From contig JANYKN010000050.1 in NCBI GenBank assembly GCA_025361565.1, positions 17,914 to 81,913 on the forward strand: a DNA stretch of 64,000 nucleotides, written 5' to 3'. Shown one piece after another: positions 47,597 through 57,116 of the stretch. Below the pieces are notes generated by a model that had not been told where the DNA came from, made no database searches, and worked only from the letters and a program-made list of their open reading frames with translations. The stretch comes from Bacteroidota bacterium (GTDB lineage Bacteria; Bacteroidota; Bacteroidia; Bacteroidales; NBLH01). A program made the translations under genes and the position numbers. Numbering within the stretch: the first letter of the stretch is position 1; each line of letters opens with the position of its first letter.

Positions 47597-48586
47597 GTGA
47601 ATAAGTTTTTGTGCATTAATAATATATCAGAAGATCCATACTTCAATTTAGCCCTTGAGGAATACTTGCTTAAGAATTATAGTGATGATATTTTTATGCT
47701 CTGGCAAAATGAACCAAGCATTGTGGTTGGGAAACACCAAAATACCCTTGCCGAAATAAACCATCAATTTATTCTGGATAACCATATTAAAGTTGCACGA
47801 AGACTTTCGGGTGGCGGAACTGTTTACCAAGATGATGGTAATTTGAACTTCACTTATATAATGAATGGAAAAGAGGGCAAATTGGTCAATTTTATCAAAT
47901 ATACCAATGATATTCTTGAAGTATTGAATAATCTCGGAGTTCCGGCTGAACGAAACCAACGGAATGATTTGACGATTGAAGGAAAAAAAGTTTCAGGAAA
48001 TGCGGAGCATATTTTTAAAAATAGAATTATTCATCATGGAACTTTGTTGTTTAATTCAGATCTGAACAAATTGGACATAGCAATAAAAGTTGAAAAAGGT
48101 AAATATGAAGATAAATCTGTTCAATCGGTTAGGAGCAGAGTGACCAATATATCACCTTATCTCACAAAAAATATTAATGTTGATCAATTCAAGAATATAA
48201 TATTTGACTTTGTTTTGAATAATTATTCAAATGCCGAATTACATGACTTAAAACTGGATGAATATCAATTTGTAACTAAACTAAAAGTTGAAAAATACGA
48301 AACTTGGGATTGGATTTATGGTTATTCACCAAAATTTAAAGTTAAAAGAGCACATAATTTTCCTAAAGGCAACCTGAATATAGAATTGTTGATAAAAAAG
48401 GGACTGATTGATGAGGTTAATTTGAAAGGTAAACTTTTCAATAAAGAAGAAAGAAGCCGATTTAGTGAAATATTGCTAGGATTGAGGTATGAAAAGGAAG
48501 AAATTAATCAGGCTTTTTTAAAAGTACAACTCAACCTGTCAAATAATCAATTTTTGAATGATGAAATTATCAATTTATTTTTTTAA
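47597..48586 (+). CDS. lplA: Lipoate-protein ligase A
   Basis: Motifs are DPYFNLALEEYLL, PSIVVGKHQN, ARRLSGGGTVYQDDGNLNF and GKKVSGNA. GTG is the apparent start. Confidence 0.9.
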   Translation: MNKFLCINNISEDPYFNLALEEYLLKNYSDDIFMLWQNEPSIVVGKHQNTLAEINHQFILDNHIKVARRLSGGGTVYQDDGNLNFTYIMNGKEGKLVNFIKYTNDILEVLNNLGVPAERNQRNDLTIEGKKVSGNAEHIFKNRIIHHGTLLFNSDLNKLDIAIKVEKGKYEDKSVQSVRSRVTNISPYLTKNINVDQFKNIIFDFVLNNYSNAELHDLKLDEYQFVTKLKVEKYETWDWIYGYSPKFKVKRAHNFPKGNLNIELLIKKGLIDEVNLKGKLFNKEERSRFSEILLGLRYEKEEINQAFLKVQLNLSNNQFLNDEIINLFF

Positions 48587-48592
48587 ACAAGT

Positions 48593-49273
48593 ATGCAAAA
48601 ATATATATTAATTGTTGCTGGTGGCAAGGGAAACAGGTTTAAAAGCGATATACCAAAACAATTTATTAAATTGTTGGATTTTCCAATATTGATGCATACC
48701 ATCAACGCCTTTTATAATTATGACAATTCAATAGAAATCATTGTTGTTTTGCCCGAAGAACAGATAGAGTATTGGAAAAATCTTTGCCAAACTTATCATT
48801 TTGGCATTAATCATACATTAGTTAAGGGGGGTGAATTTAGGTTCCATTCTGTTAAAAATGGTTTGGCAATGGTTAAACCAGGAGGATTGGTAGGGATTCA
48901 TGATGGAGTGAGGCCCTTGATTGATAAGGATACGATTAGGAAATGCTTTGAAATGGCCAAAAAAGAAGGTAATGCAATTCCTGTAATAGATTTAGTTGAT
49001 TCAGTTCGGGAAATTAACCCAGATGGTTCCAGTTTAATGGTTGACCGATCCAAATATCGGTTAATCCAAACACCACAGGTTTTTAAAACGGAATTGATTT
49101 TAAAAGCTTTTGAACAAGCATTTACTCCTTCATTTACCGATGATGCAAGTGTTTTGGAATCAATTTACCCAAATTCAATAAAACTAGTGTATGGAAACCG
49201 GCAAAACTTAAAGATTACTACAGCCGAAGATCTAATATATGCTGAAGCAATTTTGAAATGCAGGAATGTGTAA
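48593..49273 (+). CDS. ispD: 2-C-methyl-D-erythritol 4-phosphate cytidylyltransferase
   Basis: Motifs are VAGGKGNRFKSDIPKQF, HDGVRPL and QTPQVF. Confidence 0.92.
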   Translation: MQKYILIVAGGKGNRFKSDIPKQFIKLLDFPILMHTINAFYNYDNSIEIIVVLPEEQIEYWKNLCQTYHFGINHTLVKGGEFRFHSVKNGLAMVKPGGLVGIHDGVRPLIDKDTIRKCFEMAKKEGNAIPVIDLVDSVREINPDGSSLMVDRSKYRLIQTPQVFKTELILKAFEQAFTPSFTDDASVLESIYPNSIKLVYGNRQNLKITTAEDLIYAEAILKCRNV

Positions 49274-49663
49274 TTTAAAATATCGTTAATACAGAATATC
49301 CAATTCAACTAAATATTGAAAATCAAGTTATTGCATATACTTGAAAATATAAACCCATATCTTTTCAATCCTTAATAATTTCTATAATTTTAACATTCAC
49401 CATTCTTTTAGGTTCTCTCATCAAATCACATTGTTCATCGAATTTGTTTATTTAAAAGTTACATTAACAATGTAATTACTGATATAATCTTGATTATTTG
49501 CGTATTGAAGATAATATTATTCTTTGGAATATATATAAACCACACCTATTAATTTTGGAATTAAAGTAAAAACTCTATTTATAAAAGCTAAATTAATTCA
49601 TAAATTTGTTCTAATAATCTAAATTAAAATGTTAAATTTCAATTATTTAAAAAATTGACAGCT

Positions 49664-50377
49664 ATGAAAAAAATTAAAAATTTATCCCTATTTGTGCTTA
49701 TTGTCGTCTTGAATTCATCATGCTATATGGTGAAAAAATCAGAAAACTATTATGGAATAGAAACAGCATCAAGCAAAAAAATTGTTTATGTAATAGATAT
49801 TTCAGGAAGTATGGAAGGAAAAGCCGAAACCGATTTAAAAGGTAACGTAATTAACACTGCTGGCTCAAAGGTTGGAAATGTCGTAGGAAATAAAATTGGG
49901 GGCAGAGTTGGTGGTTTAATTGGTAAAGAAACTAATAACCAATTGACCAAGCTTGGCAAGGCTAAAAAAGAGTTGATGCCTTCAATCAGGGGATTGAGTG
50001 AAGACACTTATTTTACAATAATTGTTTTTGAAAACAACATTAAACAATTGAACAAACAATTAATGCAGGCAAATTCGACCAATAAAAACTTAGCTGTTGC
50101 TTATCTCGAAAAGCTCGAATCAGGAGGAGGAACAAATATGTCTGATGCTCTTGAAGAAAGTTTTGCGATTCCTGAGGTAGAGACAATTTTTGTTCTGTCA
50201 GATGGTGAACCAAATGAAGGAAAAATACCTAATACGCAAGGCATTTTGGACGCACTAACAAAATGGAATAGTGCTAAAAAAGTAAAAATAAACACAATAG
50301 GACTTGGTGAAGATTGCGACAAAGATTTTATGAAAAAGATGGCAACTGAAAATTCAGGTCAATTTATCGATAAATAA
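49664..50377 (+). CDS. VWA-domain lipoprotein with a glycine-rich insert
   Basis: I prefer the ATG at 49664 (MKKIKNLSLFVLIVVLNSSC, lipobox) over the TTG at 49655. The MIDAS motif is VIDISGSM, followed later by GGTNMSDAL and VLSDGEPN. Confidence 0.8.
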   Translation: MKKIKNLSLFVLIVVLNSSCYMVKKSENYYGIETASSKKIVYVIDISGSMEGKAETDLKGNVINTAGSKVGNVVGNKIGGRVGGLIGKETNNQLTKLGKAKKELMPSIRGLSEDTYFTIIVFENNIKQLNKQLMQANSTNKNLAVAYLEKLESGGGTNMSDALEESFAIPEVETIFVLSDGEPNEGKIPNTQGILDALTKWNSAKKVKINTIGLGEDCDKDFMKKMATENSGQFIDK

Positions 50378-50400
50378 GTCAAGATTTAATAAAACCAAAA

Positions 50401-50519
50401 ATCAAATAACAAATCTCAAATAAATTCCAAGTTCCAATATTTAAATTTTCAAAATGGTTTGAACATTTGATATTTTTATATTTGGGATTTATTTGATTTT
50501 TATTTTTTTGTTATTTGAT
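50401..50519. repeat. Long imperfect AT-rich inverted repeat between convergent genes
   Basis: The left arm atcaaataacaaatctcaaataaattccaa (50401-50430) pairs with the right arm ttgggatttatttga...tttgttatttgat (50482-50519). Inner palindromic pieces, such as ttcaaa/tttgaa, extend the pairing. Confidence 0.65.
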
Positions 50520-50560
50520 ATTTAAACTGGATTGAGTTTTCAATGAATTAGTAATGCTTC

Positions 50561-51643
50561 TTATTGCATCTTATAAACCACTGCATTCACATTCATCCCT
50601 GCACCTACCGATGCAAAAACAAAGTGATCTCCTTGGATAAGTTTATGGTTTTCAAGCTTTCCCTTCATCAACAAATCATACAAAATGGGCAATGTAGCCA
50701 CAGAATTATTTCCCAAATTGGAAATTGTCATTGGCATAATATGCTCGGGGATAGATTTCTCGCCAAACAATCTAAATAGGCGGGCAAGCATGGCATCATC
50801 CATTTTTGCATTGGCTTGATGGATCAATACTTTTTTAATATTGCCCAACAACAAACCAGCTTTGTCAATCGTGTCTTTAACCAATTGTGGTACAGTTGTT
50901 AACGCGTATTCATACAGTTTCCTACCATTCATTTTCAAATAAAGCTCGCTCTTTGGTATATTGGGATTGAATGATTTGTCCATATAAAGTAACCATGCAT
51001 GATCTATCGCATCTGTTCTGGTTTTGTGTGTCAATATACCAACTGGAACCGAACTTTCAATGCCTTCGACAATAATGGCTCCTGCACCGTCAGAATAAAT
51101 TAGACTATCCCTGTCGTGTGGATCTGAAATTCGGGATAAAGTTTCTGCACCAATAACCAGTATTTTTTTGGCATCTCCCGATTTAATATAATAATCGGCT
51201 TGTATTAATGCCTGCAACCAACCTGGACACCCAAAAGGTAAATCATACGCCACCGTGTAAGGATTTTTGATGCCCAACTTTTGTTTTATCCTTGAAGATA
51301 GTGCGGGAAGCATATCTACTTTCATATTGTCCTTTTTTACATCACCGAAATTGTGCGCAACTATTATATAATCAAAACTTTCCCTGTCGGTATTCGAAGA
51401 TTTAATAGCTTCTTCTGCTGCAAAGTAACCAATATCTGAAGTTACATATTCATCTTCTATATATCTGCGTTCTTCAATTTCTGTAATTTGTTTGAATTTC
51501 TGAATAATTTCTTCGTTTGCTTGTAAAATTCTTTCACCAGTAGCATCGTAAAACTCACTCTTCAAAAAATCTTCGTTTTTTAAAATCTTTGTAGGAATAT
51601 AACTTCCTGAACCAGTAATAATTGTATAAATATTTTTACCCAT
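50561..51643 (-). CDS. 3-oxoacyl-ACP synthase III (FabH-like KAS III) paralog
   Basis: The active-site Cys is in PFGCPGWL, the His in LIHQANAKM and the Asn in SNLGNNSVATLP. I prefer the start MGKNIYTIITGSGSYIP at 51643. Confidence 0.85.
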   Translation of the reverse strand: MGKNIYTIITGSGSYIPTKILKNEDFLKSEFYDATGERILQANEEIIQKFKQITEIEERRYIEDEYVTSDIGYFAAEEAIKSSNTDRESFDYIIVAHNFGDVKKDNMKVDMLPALSSRIKQKLGIKNPYTVAYDLPFGCPGWLQALIQADYYIKSGDAKKILVIGAETLSRISDPHDRDSLIYSDGAGAIIVEGIESSVPVGILTHKTRTDAIDHAWLLYMDKSFNPNIPKSELYLKMNGRKLYEYALTTVPQLVKDTIDKAGLLLGNIKKVLIHQANAKMDDAMLARLFRLFGEKSIPEHIMPMTISNLGNNSVATLPILYDLLMKGKLENHKLIQGDHFVFASVGAGMNVNAVVYKMQ

Positions 51644-51726
51644 AATCAATATAATTTTAATAGAAGCACATTTTTTTTGCGCAAAATGCGGTAAAAGTAC
51701 AACTTCTTAGCATTTAACCGCGACAT

Positions 51727-51767
51727 TGAAAAATAAAATCTTCAGGAATAAATCATTCCTGAAGATT
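51727..51767 (-). terminator. Rho-independent terminator of pgk
   Basis: The perfect 13-bp stem is aatcttcaggaat / attcctgaagatt with a 5-nt loop. A T-rich run follows on the minus strand. Confidence 0.75.
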
Positions 51768-51812
51768 GGGCAAAATATTTTCAATAATTGAGTTTTGTAT
51801 AAAATAGGCTTA

Positions 51813-53018
51813 CTATTTCCTAATTGCTTTAATACCAGGGAGATTTTTGCCTTCAATATACTCAAGCATAGCTCCTCCACCGGTTGAAACATAACTAACT
51901 TTATCGGCTAAGTTATTTTTGTTGATGGCCGATACAGAATCACCACCACCAACTAGTGTAAATGCTCCATTTGCAGTGGCCAAGGCAAGCGCTTTTGCAA
52001 CGCTGGTTGTTCCTGCAGCAAATTTCTCCATTTCAAAAACACCCATTGGACCATTCCAAAGTACTGTTTTTGAATTTTTAATTACCTCATTAAAAGTTTT
52101 AATCGTCTCGGTTCCAATATCCAACCCCATCCATCCATCTGGAGTTTCATCAATTTTTGAAAGTTTGGTATTGGCAGCTGCGTCAAACTTGTCGGCATTA
52201 ACAGCATCAGTTGGCAAATAAACCTTTACACCTTTGGCTTTGGCCTTATTTAAAATCTCAAGTGCCAAATCAAGTTTATCTTCTTCGCAAAGTGAATTTC
52301 CAATTTTACCACCAAGCGCTTTAATAAAAGTATAAGTCATTCCACCACCAATAATCAGGTTATCAACACGGTCAAGCAAATTTTCGATAACAAGGATTTT
52401 ATCAGAAACTTTTGCTCCACCCATGATAGCTGTAAAAGGTTTTTTTGACTGCAAAAGAACATTATCCATTGCATTGAGTTCATCGTTTATTAAGTAGCCG
52501 AACATTTTAGCATTATCAGCAAAGAACTCTGCAATAATCGCTGTTGAAGCATGTGCCCTATGTGCCGTTCCAAAAGCATCATTTACATACACATCGCAAC
52601 CATCCGCCAGCTTTTGGGCAAAGGCTTTCATACCTTCCTTGTCTTTATCTTCAGCAGCATAAAAACGCAAGTTTTCAAGTAATAGAACTTCGCCCATTTT
52701 CAGTGACTTTTTCATTTCGATTGCTTTGTCGCTTATGCAATCATCAGCAAATTTTACTTCTTTTCCACCTAAATTTTTTGATAGATTAGAAATAACATGT
52801 TTTAATGAATATTTCTCTTCGGGAGCACTTTTTGGCCTACCAAGATGCGACATCAAAATGGCTGCACCACCTTGATCCAATATTTTATTAATTGTTTTTA
52901 ATGCCCCTTTTATACGAGTATCATCAGTTACCTCAAAGTTTGCGTTCAATGGCACATTAAAGTCGACTCGAACAATTACTTTTTTGCCTGAAAAGTTAAA
53001 ATTATCGATTAATTGCAT
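51813..53018 (-). CDS. pgk: Phosphoglycerate kinase
   Basis: Motifs are [34 protein letters not shown] and STGGGA. Confidence 0.97.
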   Translation of the reverse strand: MQLIDNFNFSGKKVIVRVDFNVPLNANFEVTDDTRIKGALKTINKILDQGGAAILMSHLGRPKSAPEEKYSLKHVISNLSKNLGGKEVKFADDCISDKAIEMKKSLKMGEVLLLENLRFYAAEDKDKEGMKAFAQKLADGCDVYVNDAFGTAHRAHASTAIIAEFFADNAKMFGYLINDELNAMDNVLLQSKKPFTAIMGGAKVSDKILVIENLLDRVDNLIIGGGMTYTFIKALGGKIGNSLCEEDKLDLALEILNKAKAKGVKVYLPTDAVNADKFDAAANTKLSKIDETPDGWMGLDIGTETIKTFNEVIKNSKTVLWNGPMGVFEMEKFAAGTTSVAKALALATANGAFTLVGGGDSVSAINKNNLADKVSYVSTGGGAMLEYIEGKNLPGIKAIRK

Positions 53019-53356
53019 GGTTCAATGTTTAAAGTTTATAATTTGATTTTGGATTGTAAAATTAACAAATAATTGTGAAACAACCACCCTAAATTTCAAT
53101 TAAAGGCTATTAAGCTAACAATTAGAACTTAAAGTTTTTAATGTATGGGGTTCCTGAATTTTAAATTTATCCTTATATCTACAAAAAGTATATTATTCTA
53201 CTTTGCCTAAAACAAAAGGAATTACATATGTTTGTAATCAGCATATTGAATATCGCATTAAAACCCAATATTGTGGATATTTCCAGGACTTATTCACATC
53301 ATTTAGGGTATTCCAAATTTTACTTTACTTTAAGTATTGATTAGTTTTGATTTTTA

Positions 53357-53364
53357 TATTTTTG
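53357..53364 (+). promoter_or_regulatory. Candidate -7 element TAttTTTG for the holB operon
   Basis: It lies 20 nt upstream of the ATG at 53384. The same tatatttttgc string occurs upstream of the SprE-like gene. Confidence 0.4.
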
Positions 53365-53383
53365 CAGATAAATTTATATCAAT

Positions 53384-54526
53384 ATGCAATTCAATAAAAT
53401 AATTGGACAAAAAAAGATAATTGATAGTTTTATCCAAACTGTGCAAACCAATAGGATTAGCCATGCCCAATTATTGAATGGATCTGAAGGAGTTGGTAAA
53501 TTAAAACTTGCCATTGCTTATGCTCAATATATTTCATGTACACACAGAACAGAAATTGATTCTTGCGGAAATTGCCCTTCGTGTAAAAAATATGAAAAAT
53601 TAATTCATCCCGATTTACATTTTGTGTACCCGGTAGTGAGAACAAAAAAATTTGATAAACCTGTAAGCGATAACTATATAGCTGAGTGGCGTAACTTTAT
53701 ATTAAATAATGACAAGCTACAACTAGATATTTGGTTGGAATTGATGGGTAATGAAAATTCTCAGGCAGGAATCTTTGCGCAGGAAAGCAACGAAATTATC
53801 CGAAAACTAAGCTTAAAAACGTTTGAATCAGAATATAAAATTATGATCATTTGGCTTCCTGAAAAGATGAATCCTTCATCAGCCAATAAATTATTAAAAA
53901 TGATTGAAGAACCTCCATTGAAGACATTGTTTTTGTTGGTTTCTGACTTTCCAGATCAAATTATTAACACCATTAGGTCAAGAGCTCAATTTATCAAAAT
54001 TCCTAAGATTGACAATGAAAGCATGGCTAATGCATTGATCGAGAGGCATCAGCTTGAAGAAAGTCAAGCCAAAAGAATTGCAAAACTCTCAAGTGGAAAT
54101 TATTACAAAGCACTTGAAACTATAAAGGCTAGCGAAATTGAACAATATAATTTCAGAATGTATACAGATATTATGAGATTATGCTATGCAGCTAAAATAA
54201 TTGAGATAAATAAATGGGTAGATGAGATTTGTAATCTGGGTCGCGAGCGTCAGAAAACTTTTATCATATACGCATTGCGCCTGTTTAGAGAGAATTTTAT
54301 TTTAAATTCGATGAAAGGTAAAAATACGGATTTAAACAGTCTTACGATAGAAGAACAAGATTTTTCATCAAAATTTTTTACCTTTATCCACGAAAATAAT
54401 ATAACAGATATCTCAAACGAGTTTAATCTGGCATTTAAGCATATTGAAAGAAATGGGACGGATAAGATCATTTTTCTTGATCTTTCATTGAAGTTGGTAA
54501 AATTGCTGCGGATAAAAGCAGCATAA
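53384..54526 (+). CDS. holB: DNA polymerase III delta-prime subunit
   Basis: The N-terminal motif is SHAQLLNGSEGVGK. A Cys cluster (CGNCPSCKK) and the SRAQ sensor motif (TIRSRAQ) are present. Confidence 0.85.
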   Translation: MQFNKIIGQKKIIDSFIQTVQTNRISHAQLLNGSEGVGKLKLAIAYAQYISCTHRTEIDSCGNCPSCKKYEKLIHPDLHFVYPVVRTKKFDKPVSDNYIAEWRNFILNNDKLQLDIWLELMGNENSQAGIFAQESNEIIRKLSLKTFESEYKIMIIWLPEKMNPSSANKLLKMIEEPPLKTLFLLVSDFPDQIINTIRSRAQFIKIPKIDNESMANALIERHQLEESQAKRIAKLSSGNYYKALETIKASEIEQYNFRMYTDIMRLCYAAKIIEINKWVDEICNLGRERQKTFIIYALRLFRENFILNSMKGKNTDLNSLTIEEQDFSSKFFTFIHENNITDISNEFNLAFKHIERNGTDKIIFLDLSLKLVKLLRIKAA

Positions 54527-54575
54527 AAAGGCTATTAATGAATAGCTAAATAAGTTAATTGTAATTATAATTTTC

Positions 54576-55724
54576 ATGACAAACGATATAGATTATACCA
54601 GGGGTTGTAACACGCTGGAAGAAGGAAGCTCAAATTGTTCAACCCGTATGTGCAGCAAATTAAAAGTTTACGATTGGTTAAATGCATTTCCAGAAAGTGG
54701 ATTGCCTTTTGATATTGTTGAGATAAGGTTTAAAAATACCCGCAAAGAATTTTTTAAAAATGTAAATGGAATCAAATTAAAAATCGGAGATGTAGTTGCA
54801 GTTGAAGCTTCTCCTGGCCATGATATTGGGACTGTTTCCTTGTCTGGATCTTTGGTACTCCAGCAATTACGGAAGTATAAAGTTTCCATCGATACTGAAT
54901 TTAAAAAAATATATAGAAAGGCAAAACCTGCAGACATTGAAAAATGGAAAAGTTCTGCAGCTTTGGAGCCAAACACTATGCTTAGGGCAAGGCAAATTGC
55001 TGAAAACTTGAAGCTTGATATGAAAATTGGAGATGTTGAATATCAAGGTGATGGCACAAAGGCAATATTTTATTATATAGCGGATGAACGTGTCGATTTT
55101 AGAGAATTGATAAAAAAGTTTGCTGAGCTTTTTAAAATCAGAATTGAAATGAAACAAATCGGTGCAAGGCAGGAAGCCGGACGAATTGGCGGAATTGGTT
55201 CTTGTGGGCGTGAACTTTGCTGTTCTACATGGATTACCAACTTTGTTTCGGTAACTACTGTATCGGCAAAGCATCAGGAACTTTCATTAAATCCCCAAAA
55301 ATTGGCAGGGCAATGTGGCAAATTAAAATGCTGCCTGAATTACGAATTTGACTCATATGTTGATGCTCAAAGAGATTTTCCAGATACCACATTTGCTCTT
55401 GAAACTAAAACGGGCAAAGCTTATCATCAAAAAACTGATATTTACAAAAGGGTTATGTGGTATTCTTTCAGTGAAAACTCCGCAATTAACCTTACTGCAA
55501 TTGGCATAGATAGAGTGCATTCCATCATTGAGTTAAACAAAAAAGGAATAGTTGTTGACAATTTGAATGAAGTAGTTGAAGTGAAAGATAAAGACATTTT
55601 GGGATTTTCAGATATTGATCAAACTTCAAAAATTTTGAATAAGCCTGCAAATACTCAAAAAAGAAGAAAAAAGCCTCAACGAAAAGTTGAAATAAATGTC
55701 AATAAACCCAAAATTGAAAAATAA
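54576..55724 (+). CDS. PSP1-domain protein (YaaT/RicT-like)
   Basis: The PSP1 core reads IFYYIADERVDFRELIKKFAELFKIRIEMKQIGARQEA and GSCGRELCCSTWITNF. The holB-yaaT-type synteny is present. Confidence 0.85.
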   Translation: MTNDIDYTRGCNTLEEGSSNCSTRMCSKLKVYDWLNAFPESGLPFDIVEIRFKNTRKEFFKNVNGIKLKIGDVVAVEASPGHDIGTVSLSGSLVLQQLRKYKVSIDTEFKKIYRKAKPADIEKWKSSAALEPNTMLRARQIAENLKLDMKIGDVEYQGDGTKAIFYYIADERVDFRELIKKFAELFKIRIEMKQIGARQEAGRIGGIGSCGRELCCSTWITNFVSVTTVSAKHQELSLNPQKLAGQCGKLKCCLNYEFDSYVDAQRDFPDTTFALETKTGKAYHQKTDIYKRVMWYSFSENSAINLTAIGIDRVHSIIELNKKGIVVDNLNEVVEVKDKDILGFSDIDQTSKILNKPANTQKRRKKPQRKVEINVNKPKIEK

Positions 55725-55729
55725 TTTTG
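55722..55729 (+). promoter_or_regulatory. Candidate -7 element TAatTTTG overlapping the PSP1 stop codon
   Basis: It lies 31 nt upstream of the ATG at 55761. Confidence 0.3.
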
Positions 55730-55760
55730 CACACTTTTAAAATCTCATTTATTTATTATT

Positions 55761-56237
55761 ATGGGTAAAAAATTCATTTTGCTATGTACTTTTTCAGCTA
55801 TTTTTCTTTTCATCTTTTCATGTTCAAATCAGACAGTTTATTCATCTGAGGTTGAAATTCCTGACGGGATTTGGAAAAGCAAGGAAGCCGCAGTATTTAG
55901 TCCAGAATTAACAGATACAATCCAAAACTATAATATTTCATTATCCGTAACAAATTCAGACCTTTACAGATACAGCAATTTATGGTTATTTGTTAAAACC
56001 AAATCGCCGGATGGTTTTTATCATAAAGACACACTTGAAATTTATCTTTCAGAAGAAAATGGAAAATGGCTTGGAAAAAACAAGGATGATCAATGGAGAT
56101 ATCAATTTTATTTTAAAAAACAAATCCGTTTTCCAAAAATTGGCAAGTATACTTTTGAAATTCAACAAGGTATGCGTGATTTAGAATTGCCTGGAATTAA
56201 TAAACTTTCTTTTGAATTATTAAAAAGTGATAAATAA
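55761..56237 (+). CDS. gldH: Gliding-motility lipoprotein GldH-like
   Basis: It is a 158-aa lipoprotein (LFIFSCSNQ). The size and the segment NYNISLSVTNSDLYRYSNLWLFVKT match my recollection of GldH proteins. This was not verified by search. Confidence 0.6.
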   Translation: MGKKFILLCTFSAIFLFIFSCSNQTVYSSEVEIPDGIWKSKEAAVFSPELTDTIQNYNISLSVTNSDLYRYSNLWLFVKTKSPDGFYHKDTLEIYLSEENGKWLGKNKDDQWRYQFYFKKQIRFPKIGKYTFEIQQGMRDLELPGINKLSFELLKSDK

Positions 56238-56304
56238 CTTCAAATTCCATTCGATTATCACAATTCAATCAAACTTTTATTATAAAATAATTAACTATTA
56301 GATT

Positions 56305-57045
56305 GTGGCTAAAAATAAATTAAAAAGTTTTGAGCAACTTAAAAGCTTCGAAAATGTTATTCAACCTGTTTATGCCGAAATTCTAAACAATGATTTCCAC
56401 CTGAAAGGTAAATGGGCCGAAAGTTTTTTTAAAAACACAAATCCAATTGTACTTGAGCTAGGTTGTGGCAAAGGTGAATACACAACAGGGCTAGCAGAGC
56501 TTAATCCAGACATAAATTATATTGGAATTGATATAAAAGGGGCCAGAATTTGGAGAGGTGCAACTACGGTAATTGAAAAAGGATTAAAAAATGTAGCATT
56601 TATTAGGTCTGCAATAGATCCTATTCAATCTTTTTTTAGTGAAAATGAAATTAGTGAAATTTGGTTAACTTTTTCTGACCCACAACCCAATAAACCTAAA
56701 AAAAGGCTCAGTTCATCACTGTTTTTAAACAGGTACTTAAGCTTTTTAAAACCAGGCGCAATTATTCACCTCAAAACCGATAGCCTGATATTGTTTGATT
56801 ATACTTATTGCTTGGTAAAAGAGAATAATTTCTCAATAATATTAAAAAGCAATAATGTTTATTCCGATGATTATTTACCTGATGCTATAAAAAACATTCA
56901 AACTTTTTACGAAAAGAAGTTTATTTCGGTTGGAAAAAAAATTAATTATCTGGAATTTATTGTTAATCACCATTCTACAGTCATTGAACCATTAGAATTC
57001 GGTAAATGTAAAGTTACAACTGAGTTGCAATCCGTAAATTTGTAA
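56305..57045 (+). CDS. trmB: tRNA (guanine-N7)-methyltransferase
   Basis: The SAM-binding motif is LELGCGKGEYT. The FSDPQPNKPKKRL motif is present. GTG is the apparent start, and an in-frame stop lies 2 codons upstream. Confidence 0.9.
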   Translation: MAKNKLKSFEQLKSFENVIQPVYAEILNNDFHLKGKWAESFFKNTNPIVLELGCGKGEYTTGLAELNPDINYIGIDIKGARIWRGATTVIEKGLKNVAFIRSAIDPIQSFFSENEISEIWLTFSDPQPNKPKKRLSSSLFLNRYLSFLKPGAIIHLKTDSLILFDYTYCLVKENNFSIILKSNNVYSDDYLPDAIKNIQTFYEKKFISVGKKINYLEFIVNHHSTVIEPLEFGKCKVTTELQSVNL

Positions 57046-57116
57046 ATTTAAAGTTTTGTATTCTAAAATCATTTAATTTAGGATTAAGCATCTTTAACTT
57101 CGGTAATCAAAAAAAT

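Noticed and set aside
49274-49654. 381-nt non-coding stretch after ispD, examined for an RNA gene or riboswitch
   Set aside because: It has no GC-rich or obviously structured core and no tRNA-like cloverleaf segments. I found only short AT palindromes and one TAatTTTG match. I cannot support an RNA feature.
20-55274. Many 60-135-aa ORFs in the track nested inside larger genes on the opposite strand or in another frame. Examples are 20-232, 1559-1846, 2660-2983, 10468-10806, 11925-12278, 12508-12744, 42561-42893, 47648-47959 and 54867-55274.
   Set aside because: All are fully embedded in long ORFs that carry recognisable domain motifs. Their translations are low-complexity or hydrophobic nonsense typical of shadow ORFs in AT-rich DNA.
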